Shown: piece after piece, positions 17,370 to 26,002 of the stretch
Numbering within the stretch: position 1 is the stretch's first letter
How the letters are laid out: the number at the start of each line of letters is the position of its first letter
Source: a virus
Taxonomy: Duplodnaviria > Caudoviricetes
IMG/VR virus record: IMGVR_UViG_3300020045_019462
Location: 1 to 32,437 of that record
Direction: 5' to 3' (one strand)
DNA: 32,437 nucleotides
Program-made: the position numbers and the translations under genes
Notes under the pieces: generated by a model
Databases searched by the model: none
What the model was told of the DNA's origin: nothing
Seen by the model: only the letters and a program-made list of their open reading frames with translations

Positions 17370-18467
17370 TTAGTTATAATTTGTCGGGGCGAATGTTATT
17401 TTGATTCCCCCTTTGTCATTGTCCAACATCATAGCTTTATTATACGAATTCTGCGCTTTGGCACTTAGTGACTGGACTAGTTCGGGCTTATAGAGATAAG
17501 CCATTTCTAGGGCTAAGTGATCAATCAAGGTCTGGTGATATCGTCTATTCAAATCAATTGGATTAGACATATAGTTAAAGTCGAATGGAAATTTTGCACC
17601 TCGAATAACTAAGAAATTGTATGAACTCATTTCTCCATCTACTGACTGGTTTCCAACTATATTGGAAGGTGCTCCCCAGAGCTGTATATTAATATTAGTA
17701 TTTGTTTTTTGAAGTGAAAACAAATAACCAGTACCTGGACGATTTTTAAACGTTAAATTCATAAAATCGGATCGACCTGTACTTGCGATGGGGCGAGATA
17801 CTGTGGATTTTTGAAAATAAAGCTCAGTAATATCAAGCGTTGCACCACCGTATTCTTCAATTTTATAGTATTCAAATACTTGTGGATTATCGATATTGAA
17901 CCAACGAATATTCATAATATTAGGAGATTTCTTAAACTCTATGAATCGTTGTGTATCGTTAAGGGTAATCCAATCACTACCATTATTTGATCCAGATATT
18001 TTAAGTTTATATTGTGTATCCTTATTGGATAAAACACCTACATAATTAATAAGATGAGGATTAGTTAAGTGAATTCCTAAACTACCATTTGGTAATGTTT
18101 GGGTGCAAGCAGTCTGAAGATTATCATCGAAGGCACTTTGTGGATTTCCGCCAGCTGTTGAGAATGTTGAACCTTCATAGGCTCTTCCACAAATAGCAAC
18201 TGTCACGTCATACACATCATATACTTCAGTCGGTAAAGAATAATAGGGTGCATTTTCGATAAGTTTAACAGGTAGAATTACTTCATTAAACTGAAGGAAT
18301 TTATAATTCACCCATCCTGTAACTATTTGATTGAGTGCAAAGAACGCCGATTCCAGCATATCTGTATTCGATATTTCATTAGGCTTAATCTGACAATACT
18401 TAAACGCGTGGTCAATGACTTGTTGACATGTTATGTATTGTTGATTATACGCGGGATTCGGCGTCAT
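17370..18467 (-). CDS. Head-tail adaptor with inserted discoidin (F5/8 type C)-like domain
   Basis: QVIDHAFKYC...WVN...YSLP N-part and RYHQTLIDHLALEMA C-part flank AFDDNLQT...ISGSNNGSDWITL...YYKI...ITELYF. Confidence 0.72.
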   Translation of the reverse strand: MTPNPAYNQQYITCQQVIDHAFKYCQIKPNEISNTDMLESAFFALNQIVTGWVNYKFLQFNEVILPVKLIENAPYYSLPTEVYDVYDVTVAICGRAYEGSTFSTAGGNPQSAFDDNLQTACTQTLPNGSLGIHLTNPHLINYVGVLSNKDTQYKLKISGSNNGSDWITLNDTQRFIEFKKSPNIMNIRWFNIDNPQVFEYYKIEEYGGATLDITELYFQKSTVSRPIASTGRSDFMNLTFKNRPGTGYLFSLQKTNTNINIQLWGAPSNIVGNQSVDGEMSSYNFLVIRGAKFPFDFNYMSNPIDLNRRYHQTLIDHLALEMAYLYKPELVQSLSAKAQNSYNKAMMLDNDKGGIKITFAPTNYN

Positions 18468-18470
18468 TTC

Positions 18471-19031
18471 CTATTTTTTCCACTTACGAGCATTTATTGC
18501 AAATGTAGTTTCTTTCATCAGATTTTCATCATCAGTTTTTTTTGCTACCCTTTTTTCTGCACGCAATGCTTTTAAAGGTATTTTTTCATCTTCCGGGAAA
18601 CCCATTTTTTCATGGAGTGCACCTTTTCTTTTAATTTCGATGCTAACTTTTCCACCTTTTTTAAGTAGTTTTTCATTTTCATCTTCATCCTCGTCTTCAT
18701 CGACAGTACCACCGATATTTCTGGAAAGGCAGCTTTTACCCCCATCTTTAAGGAATTTGTCTGGATTTCTAGAATCGACTGTGCCGCCCATACTTTTCTT
18801 TTCGGTTTCCTCGCCAACCATTCCGCCCGTTTTATGTTTTTCCCTTTTCTTGTCAAAACTAATTTCTCCATCTTCAGAATCTGTATCGAACATGCTTAAT
18901 CCAAAGGATTCGGCATTAAAAGGATTGCCGCTCTTTCCAAATGAGTTTTCTGAGATTTCCTTTGATAATTTATCTTCAGGAAAATCCGTGTCTTTATAGT
19001 AGTATCCGCCTAAGCCATTAATGCGTTTCAT
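18471..19031 (-). CDS. Charged protein with repeated xxxGGxV motifs and a basic C-terminal domain
   Basis: KTGGMV, SMGGTV, KDGGKS, NIGGTV, KKGGKV; C-terminus IKRKGALHEKMG...EKIP...FAINARKWKK. Confidence 0.7.
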   Translation of the reverse strand: MKRINGLGGYYYKDTDFPEDKLSKEISENSFGKSGNPFNAESFGLSMFDTDSEDGEISFDKKREKHKTGGMVGEETEKKSMGGTVDSRNPDKFLKDGGKSCLSRNIGGTVDEDEDEDENEKLLKKGGKVSIEIKRKGALHEKMGFPEDEKIPLKALRAEKRVAKKTDDENLMKETTFAINARKWKK

Positions 19032-19046
19032 TTTTATTTTCTTTCT

Positions 19047-19676
19047 TTAAACAAACATTTGTACGCCTTCGTACCAGGTAATTTCAGCATCAGTATCAGT
19101 TGAAGTCTCCAGCCACATTTGCCCAACACCATCATAAATATAAACGGCATCAGGTGTTGTAACCGTTTTAGCAGTCAGATCGGCATCCAGAGTAAATCTA
19201 GTAGCTGCAATTTCGGTTGTAGTTAGGTTTTCTAATCCACCCTGAATTAATGCGTAAATAGTCCAGGTTGCTGTTCCATTTTGCAAAACGAAATGGGTTG
19301 ACCGTGCTCCATTTTGAATAATTGGTGGAGTTTGTCCGCCTAAATATCCAATTTGTAAAAGAGTAACATCCGCTGAAGCATTTAAACTAAGGATACGACA
19401 GAATTTATTAACTGAGGTAACGGGGGTAGTTCCTGTTAGGGTTATAGTTTCTGTAATTACTTCACCCGTAACAATAGTGCCTCGAATAGTTATTTCTTGG
19501 TTATCAGCTGCTGCACCAACAAACGAAAGATATCTGAAGTTAACCGAAGTTGGATCAGAATATTTTTCATTCTTTAATAGTTCTGTTTCGCCAACGGCTG
19601 CTCCATTATAAATAAATGTGGGATTTGGAGCGGGTAAATGAGCTTTATAATTTTGATAAAAACTACCACCGAGCAT
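19047..19676 (-). CDS. Putative capsid-surface structural protein
   Basis: ITIRGTIVTGEVITETITLTGTTPVTSVNKF beta motif; AAGGA RBS; in the capsid operon. Confidence 0.6.
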   Translation of the reverse strand: MLGGSFYQNYKAHLPAPNPTFIYNGAAVGETELLKNEKYSDPTSVNFRYLSFVGAAADNQEITIRGTIVTGEVITETITLTGTTPVTSVNKFCRILSLNASADVTLLQIGYLGGQTPPIIQNGARSTHFVLQNGTATWTIYALIQGGLENLTTTEIAATRFTLDADLTAKTVTTPDAVYIYDGVGQMWLETSTDTDAEITWYEGVQMFV

Positions 19677-19691
19677 TTTATTTATCCTTTC

Positions 19692-20543
19692 CTAGCTTTT
19701 CCATCCAACCCATCCTTCTGAATACTGAGGATAGCCAATCACTGTTGTCAGTGAGTTGATTGATTCAGGAATTTCTGAGATCGGCTTATCAGACGGAAGT
19801 GTTCCATAACCGTAGACTTGGAAATAAATGGTTAGAATTCTTGACCCGTCAAATGGTAAATCCGTAAACGTATCTGGATTAAAAACTAAGTCCGGGCGGC
19901 TTCTACCCGTATCTAGAGTTGTCTCAGCGGAAGAACCATACGCAAAATCATTGTATAGGAATTCAATTGATGAATCGCTAAACAATAGTGGTCTTCCATC
20001 ATATACAGCTGAAAATATATAAGATGCGTCAGCGGACTCGATTTGATAAGGCAAAGACAACGTATAATTTAAGTCGATTGAATAATTGCTCACATTACTG
20101 GTAGAATTTGTTAGCTTTAAAGAAACTATATATTTCAAACTACGAGAAAGACTTGGCTGCGTTGCAAGACATAATAAACTATTAGTCAGAATTTCCCCAT
20201 ATTGGTCATAACCAGATAAATAGAAACTACCATCTTGGGATGTTGTAACTGAGATAGATCTTTCGTAATCTAGTTCCACGTAGCCAACTTGGTTATTTAC
20301 AGTTCCGATAGCACTTGTTGATAATGGAACATAGATCGAACTGTTAGGTGGGATCGTTCCAGATAAAAGATTCCCGATTACAGGACTAATTGAATATGGG
20401 AACACGTTTGCAACAGAAATTCCGTTGTTTCTCCCCAACATTCCTGGAATCGTAAAGCTACCACTGCGCAAACCGTCTAGAACAGAAACTTGAGCATTGA
20501 TTTGTTCGCTTAGAATTTTGTCCGTATCGCTGTTGTAAATCAT
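19692..20543 (-). CDS. Capsid-associated structural protein, paralogue 3
   Basis: VELDYER, GYDQYGE, SLPY, SRP, VIGYPQYSEGWVGWKS; start reassigned to the ATG in the ATGA overlap. Confidence 0.75.
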   Translation of the reverse strand: MIYNSDTDKILSEQINAQVSVLDGLRSGSFTIPGMLGRNNGISVANVFPYSISPVIGNLLSGTIPPNSSIYVPLSTSAIGTVNNQVGYVELDYERSISVTTSQDGSFYLSGYDQYGEILTNSLLCLATQPSLSRSLKYIVSLKLTNSTSNVSNYSIDLNYTLSLPYQIESADASYIFSAVYDGRPLLFSDSSIEFLYNDFAYGSSAETTLDTGRSRPDLVFNPDTFTDLPFDGSRILTIYFQVYGYGTLPSDKPISEIPESINSLTTVIGYPQYSEGWVGWKS

Positions 20544-21394
20544 CCCTGCCAACCTTTCCAGCCGATGTTATGTGGTGCATGACCGTAAACTTTATATTTC
20601 TCTTCTTCATCAACACTTATTCTAACTTGGGGTAAGTCCGGATTACGATATTCAGAAGAATTACCTAACCCATATACATTTTGTTGGAATGTAAAACATA
20701 TATTATCTGGGAAAGATGTATACTCCTCACCCCCATCAAGTACTTCAATGAGAGGGCGAATTTGAGACACATAAGCCGTAGGAGGTGCCGTATATGCAAC
20801 TGAATATTTACCATCCCATACAAAATTAAATGGACTATTTTCACCGCTGGTAATTACTGCTAAATGATTATTTTTTGTATAACAAATCAATTGCGACGGA
20901 ACACCATTATCTGTATAGGGTAATTCGTAAATATTAGTGGTACTAATTGTAACGGAAATATTTCCAGAAAGTGGTTTTATTCCAATCGCTGTTATTCCAA
21001 ATACTGCTGGCGTTAAACCAATTCCAGAAATAGTATCTGAATAACCGATATATATTCCTGGTTGTCCATATTGATCAAGATAATTAATCTCAAATTCAAA
21101 GTCTGCTGGCGTTCCTGCTGAAACTTTTAGACAGCGTGCGTAATCCAGTTCAATGTAAGGCTCATTTTCAGAAAGATATTTGAGAGTCCCAAATGTAAAA
21201 CCAGCTAAAGGAATATATTGAGTTCCTGAAACATTTGCCGTAATAACGGTTGCATCGAAAGCTGGAAAAATCTTATATAGCTGAACTAATCCGACTGGAA
21301 CACCTGGATTATTCCGCATAGGTATTTGGAAATTACCCGCCGCAAAACCAGTTTGAAAATTAGAACCTTGGCTATAATTTATATAGTTTGTCAT
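20540..21394 (-). CDS. Capsid-associated structural protein, paralogue 2
   Basis: IELDYAR, YLDQYGQ, ELPY, IRP, VYGHAPHNIGWKGWQG; start reassigned to the ATG in the ATGA overlap. Confidence 0.75.
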   Translation of the reverse strand: MTNYINYSQGSNFQTGFAAGNFQIPMRNNPGVPVGLVQLYKIFPAFDATVITANVSGTQYIPLAGFTFGTLKYLSENEPYIELDYARCLKVSAGTPADFEFEINYLDQYGQPGIYIGYSDTISGIGLTPAVFGITAIGIKPLSGNISVTISTTNIYELPYTDNGVPSQLICYTKNNHLAVITSGENSPFNFVWDGKYSVAYTAPPTAYVSQIRPLIEVLDGGEEYTSFPDNICFTFQQNVYGLGNSSEYRNPDLPQVRISVDEEEKYKVYGHAPHNIGWKGWQG

Positions 21395-22275
21395 GATTGC
21401 CACCCAGTCCAGTTTTTAACGTATGAAGGAAATCCGATAACATAATCTAGATTGTTCAAATATTTTTGAGCCTGCAAGTTCATAAGCTCTGTTTCTGTGG
21501 ACAAAACTTTTGGTGGAGTGTTGAACCCATAACCAGAAATTGATTGAACAATTACCAGTTTATTACTCCCGTTAAAAGGAGCAGTCCCAAAAGTAGTTTC
21601 GTTCATCCTGATAATAGGTCTCGGGTTACCTGTGGAATCTGATTGGTCGTACGTCGAATTAACCAAAGTGTAAGCTGGAGTAACCTTATAAGGAGTCACT
21701 GCGTCAATTACAATTTTTAGTAATGGCTCGCCACCATAGTTTGCATAAACTATAGTATTTTCGTCATAACTAGCATAAGGAAGTTCAACTTCATCTTTAG
21801 TAAGAATAGTTAATGCAGCCGTGCTACCTGTAATTTGTATTGAACTTATTGCGCCAACGCCTCTTGGAGTATCGAAGATGTACACTCCAGCACCACCTAC
21901 GTTTACAGCATCGCCACCACACGTCATTTTTTGACCATAGAAGTCAAGGAAAGATCCATGCACAGAGAATGCAGCAGTAGAAGTGATAGAAATGATTCTA
22001 CATACGTCAAGAGGAACAACTTGTAGATTTTCGTCATATTCGAAGTTAGCCGTTAGATTTCCCGTAAAGATTACATATTTATTCGAATCCAACTCTACAG
22101 AAGTTACTATATTCTGAGAAGCAATTGGTTTAATCGAATAACATATAGAATTCGCTACAGCCTCTCCTAAAGCATTAGAATTGTTTAAAGGAGTAATGAC
22201 TTTCCCGGCGCGAGTACCGTCGGGAAAGTTTGTACCTTCTTGTTGAAATCGAAATAGATCTAAAGTATTAGACAT
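21391..22275 (-). CDS. Capsid-associated structural protein, paralogue 1
   Basis: VPLDVCR, FLDFYGQ, ELPY, PRP, VIGFPSYVKNWTGWQS; AAGGA RBS directly after the capsid gene. Confidence 0.75.
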   Translation of the reverse strand: MSNTLDLFRFQQEGTNFPDGTRAGKVITPLNNSNALGEAVANSICYSIKPIASQNIVTSVELDSNKYVIFTGNLTANFEYDENLQVVPLDVCRIISITSTAAFSVHGSFLDFYGQKMTCGGDAVNVGGAGVYIFDTPRGVGAISSIQITGSTAALTILTKDEVELPYASYDENTIVYANYGGEPLLKIVIDAVTPYKVTPAYTLVNSTYDQSDSTGNPRPIIRMNETTFGTAPFNGSNKLVIVQSISGYGFNTPPKVLSTETELMNLQAQKYLNNLDYVIGFPSYVKNWTGWQS

Positions 22276-22286
22276 TTCTTAATCCT

Positions 22287-23201
22287 TTATTGAGCTAACG
22301 AACCACGTCCACCTAAAGATGCTCTGAAGTCGTCAAAGTCTATGCTGAAACGCATGAAAGCTGCTACCAGTAAAGACCATGTTGAAACATTTGGCATTTG
22401 AGCAATGTCGAAGGGCCACGCTTCGAAGAATTTTAATCCAGGAATTGTGGTACGAATTGCATACTGAGTTTTAGGAATATATGCGTTTTCGTGCACTAGA
22501 TCGACATATTGCATTCCGTTTGCTGGGTTGCGTTCGAACGATGAAGTACCTGGGCGGAACATAGATTCTAAAATTGTGTATGCTTGTGGCACGTTTTCAG
22601 GAGCAACAGTCAAAACCTTAGCTCGAGTTTTACCAACTAAGAAGCCGTTAGGTGCTAGGAAACGCCACATTTTAGTCATCAACTCTGTAAATGTTTGATA
22701 GTTGAATGGTGAATAGAAAGTCGTAGTGTTGCTTACTACTCCACCATCTACAGGGTGGTTGCCGTATAATGGTTTACCATCCCAGCCTACGTACTTCGTA
22801 GTCCAAGCATTAGTATAGAAATCTGCAACTTCTAGGTTCACAGCTTCGATCATAGATTGAAGGAAAGCCATACCTAGTTCTGGAGCGGATTCTTTGTACA
22901 GGTTAGTCTGCAATAGAATACGAGACATATTTACTTGAAGCGTATACTCGTAAAAGTTGAATATTTTTTGTCCAGAGGTTGCGAAAGTGCTTGCTGCAGA
23001 TGCTGCACCTTCAGGAGTTCGACGAGCAGCACCCATCATCTTCTGTTGAACAGTAATTTCATAGTTTCTACGCGTTTCGATTCGATCGAAATCTTTTTCG
23101 TATTCTTTTGGTTGAGTAGGGTACACGTTACGAATTGTAAGCATACCAGGCATTGTTAACTGGATGTTTTGGTTAACAGTGGTTAAAAAATCTTGACCCA
23201 T
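22287..23201 (-). CDS. Major capsid protein (HK97 fold, Mu gpT-like family)
   Basis: 304 aa; MPG...YE...TPEG...NLY...GWDGKPLYGNHPVDGG...SN...LTVAP...RFSIDFDDFRASLG pattern; strong RBS. Confidence 0.85.
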   Translation of the reverse strand: MGQDFLTTVNQNIQLTMPGMLTIRNVYPTQPKEYEKDFDRIETRRNYEITVQQKMMGAARRTPEGAASAASTFATSGQKIFNFYEYTLQVNMSRILLQTNLYKESAPELGMAFLQSMIEAVNLEVADFYTNAWTTKYVGWDGKPLYGNHPVDGGVVSNTTTFYSPFNYQTFTELMTKMWRFLAPNGFLVGKTRAKVLTVAPENVPQAYTILESMFRPGTSSFERNPANGMQYVDLVHENAYIPKTQYAIRTTIPGLKFFEAWPFDIAQMPNVSTWSLLVAAFMRFSIDFDDFRASLGGRGSLAQ

Positions 23202-23233
23202 AATTTATCCTTTTTTTTATTTTCTATGGTTAT

Positions 23234-23983
23234 CTACGGAGCAGTATACAATTTCACATCATGTAATCCGTGCAATAAATTATTTAGCGAAACATTAATT
23301 AAGTTGTTTGGAGCTAAAACTGTCGGATTTGTTGTCGACCATGTATTACCGTTAATATTAGTAATTCCCTGAATCACAGCTGGGTATTCGACATTTGGTA
23401 ATTCTGAATAGTCAGCAGATGTAAAATATAAATATGACTTAGAATAACCTGTGGTCGTATCTCCGATTGGAAAGTTATACACCAGTCCACCAATAGTAAC
23501 AGCATAAGTCGTGTCACATGTGATACCACCACTATTAAATAAATTATTAACAGCCAAGCCAGTCGTACCTTTGTATTGAATAGAATAAATGCCTTGCATA
23601 TCAGCCACGACACGAACTGTAACGCCCGTACCTGGTTTTAATTGTGTATTAGCAGAATACGATAAGAAGTCTGTTTGACCGATAGGGTTATTTGCTGGCT
23701 CATATTTGAAGCCTACGATTACTCCTAATAATGGTGGAGTATTAATAGATGCTGGTGCTGTTAAGCCAGGAAGAGGATAACAAGGTAATGGAACAGCTCC
23801 AGTTGCTGCATATCTGCTTGGATCTGGTGCCGTTGCGTCATAAAGACATGCAGCGGCTACGTCACCTGTAAAACCTGAAAAAGATGGATTCCAGTCATAA
23901 TCCATTAAAGTAGGGCTCGCTTGACTCGCGGTACCTAACGAATATTGCCAAGAAAGCCCAAAAGGGTTGAAAACTCCAGCCAT
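23234..23983 (-). CDS. Putative capsid cement/minor head protein preceding the major capsid gene
   Basis: True start likely MAGVFNPFGL (AAAGGA RBS); LLGVIVGFKY and VRVVAD...YSIQ motifs. Confidence 0.65.
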   Translation of the reverse strand: MAGVFNPFGLSWQYSLGTASQASPTLMDYDWNPSFSGFTGDVAAACLYDATAPDPSRYAATGAVPLPCYPLPGLTAPASINTPPLLGVIVGFKYEPANNPIGQTDFLSYSANTQLKPGTGVTVRVVADMQGIYSIQYKGTTGLAVNNLFNSGGITCDTTYAVTIGGLVYNFPIGDTTTGYSKSYLYFTSADYSELPNVEYPAVIQGITNINGNTWSTTNPTVLAPNNLINVSLNNLLHGLHDVKLYTAP

Positions 23984-24127
23984 AAGAAAATCCTTTATTA
24001 TTGTTATTGTTGTCGAATTATCCCACTTCTGGGGATTTCTTTTTTTTGATTGAGCAATGGATTGACACATTCCCAATCATGGGCACGACCATCCTAAGCA
24101 TTTAAGACGAATTTATTTACCATTTAT

Positions 24128-24156
24128 ATTGTAATAACAGTTATATTGAATGTAAA
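24128..24156 (-). promoter_or_regulatory. Sigma70-like promoter of the capsid operon
   Basis: Minus strand TTTACA-N17-TACAAT. Confidence 0.7.
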
Positions 24157-24246
24157 GGATATAAGGATATAAGAGTATGATTAGAAAAATAAAACGTATT
24201 CTTGGTTTTAAAGATATAAGAAGAAATGCAAAGTTAATTGTTAATG

Positions 24247-24876
24247 TTAAGTTTTTTTTCGTACGCTAGATTTTTTCAACTTTTCTTCATAATATGTCGT
24301 CAGACGCGTTGTCAATAAAGCCTTTGTCATCGAATACATTTCTGCAACTTCTTTTGGGGAAAGCCCAGACTCAATGAGTTTAACAATTTGATGAAACTCA
24401 TCACTTTTCATTAGTTTATATTGACGTTTCAGTTCCTTAATACAAACTAGATTACGGAATGAAACAGCATTAAATTTGAACATTCGTGCTATGCTACTGA
24501 TTGTAAGTCCTTTGAATATTAACTCCTCGATAATTTTCAAATTCCCGTAAACTTGGTTTTTATCATTAGTATTATTCTTAAGTTTGAATTCTGGGTTTTG
24601 ACGAATATATTGATATATCGTCGGGATTTTAATTCCAAACTCTTCGCTTAATTCACGAAGCTTCGAGCCGCCTTTAAACCTCTTGAAGAGTTCTCTTTTT
24701 ATCTCGCAAGAAGTTGGGTCAGTACGTTTAACAATCAGACCATTTTCTTTTCTATGTTTATAAATAATGTGGGAGGTTTGTCCAAAGGTCAGATTTAGTT
24801 TTTCTGAAATATATTTACACTTAAATCCAAGTTTATATAGCTTCAAAACTTTCTTCTGTAGTTCAAATTCGACCAT
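24247..24876 (-). CDS. DNA-binding protein with four tandem helix-turn-helix repeats
   Basis: LYKLGFKCKYISEKLNL, RFKGGSKLRELSEEFGIKIPTIY, LIFKGLTISSIARMFKF, LIESGLSPKEVAEMYSM. Confidence 0.75.
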   Translation of the reverse strand: MVEFELQKKVLKLYKLGFKCKYISEKLNLTFGQTSHIIYKHRKENGLIVKRTDPTSCEIKRELFKRFKGGSKLRELSEEFGIKIPTIYQYIRQNPEFKLKNNTNDKNQVYGNLKIIEELIFKGLTISSIARMFKFNAVSFRNLVCIKELKRQYKLMKSDEFHQIVKLIESGLSPKEVAEMYSMTKALLTTRLTTYYEEKLKKSSVRKKT

Positions 24877-24894
24877 GATTAACCATCTATAACT

Positions 24895-25227
24895 TCACGA
24901 CAATAACTTGTCCTTATTCAGATTTTGCTTATCGCACAGCAATGGTTGAAGCTCGCTGATTCGATTTAGAAGTTCTTCAAGCTCTCGATCTTTAGACCTC
25001 TCAACCATTTTACTGTACACGTCCAAGATATCCATGATCATTCTAGCTTCGGCTAATTGTGTAAACTCATTAGGAAGTTTTATGCTATTTAATAACGATG
25101 AAGCAGCGGAAAGAATTTGACTGGTATCTGTTAAATTCTGAAGAAAATTAAGTTTAACCGCTTCTTTTACCGTTTCTTTAACCTTATCTTTACTGATTAT
25201 TCTCTTAGTAGTCTTCAGTTTCTGCAA
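24895..25227 (-). CDS. Helical protein, terminase small subunit candidate
   Basis: SQILSAASSLLNSI...AEARMIMDILDVYSKMVE...LLNRISELQ resembles oligomerisation helices of terminase-adjacent small proteins; start uncertain. Confidence 0.4.
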   Translation of the reverse strand: MQKLKTTKRIISKDKVKETVKEAVKLNFLQNLTDTSQILSAASSLLNSIKLPNEFTQLAEARMIMDILDVYSKMVERSKDRELEELLNRISELQPLLCDKQNLNKDKLLS

Positions 25228-25762
25228 CCCTTTCGAGTTTTGAAGCGACTAAATGTATGGAAAATTCATCAATTAATAGAATTTCGTTCTGGCGACAAAA
25301 TGCCTCAATTTCACGATAGTTTTCATCATTATACTTTAGCTGATTCCAACGGAAAAAATGCTCACGTTGTTGCTTAGAACTTAAAAGTGTTTGTGATTCT
25401 CCCCCAAAGTTTTCTCCTAGCTGGCTTTTGGCAATATCTTCATAAATAGGAGGGTCAATTAAGTTAACGATAAATAATTTATGAAAATGTTTAGGAATTG
25501 TTACCCCATTTCGGGCTTGTATATCCACGCGAGTTTTAACAGCTCCAAAGAACGAATACTTTGCGCCAACGAAGTTATCAGGCAATTCAGATGGAAAGTT
25601 TTTAAACAAAATATAATTTGGTGGATAATGCAAAATTGATCGGTATTCCATGTATGTTGGATCATCTAACGGAGCGTAAACTCGATTTTCAGCAAAACCT
25701 ACTTTAATAATGGGCTCAAAGGATTCTAACTTATCCTTTTTTTTCTTAGCTTCTTCAGTCAT
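25205..25762 (-). CDS. Hypothetical protein
   Basis: 185-aa ORF with AAGGA RBS; no motif recognised. Confidence 0.7.
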   Translation of the reverse strand: MTEEAKKKKDKLESFEPIIKVGFAENRVYAPLDDPTYMEYRSILHYPPNYILFKNFPSELPDNFVGAKYSFFGAVKTRVDIQARNGVTIPKHFHKLFIVNLIDPPIYEDIAKSQLGENFGGESQTLLSSKQQREHFFRWNQLKYNDENYREIEAFCRQNEILLIDEFSIHLVASKLERVAETEDY

Positions 25763-26002
25763 GGTTATTCCTTATTTTTTGGTTTGAATGAACGTGCAAA
25801 CAGCACAGATTTTTTTGAATAGGTTAGATCTTGGAAAATTCTTTGGCATGGCTGGCTTTCTTTTTTTCTTTTAAGTGTAAAAGAACCCAAAACAACTTTC
25901 AATAATATAATTATTATTATTTTATAAATTGAATTGCCAGTTTTTGCCGAATCTATTACCTTTATGCATATATAGATTAATATAAAAAAAATAAGAAAAC
26001 AT

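Noticed and set aside
19692-19694. Genome-wide TAG recoding, suggested by the TAG upstream of the initiator
   Set aside because: Paralogue 3 ends with TAG exactly where its sisters end with TGA, and coding density is high under the standard code.
1364-23613. Many 60-130 aa ORFs antisense or out of frame to long genes (e.g. 1364..1597, 8033..8419, 18640..18999, 22935..23159)
   Set aside because: Fully nested in well-supported genes, no RBS, shadow-like composition.
23984-24076. N-terminal 31 codons of the 280-aa ORF call
   Set aside because: The RBS and family-like N-terminus point to ATG at 23983.
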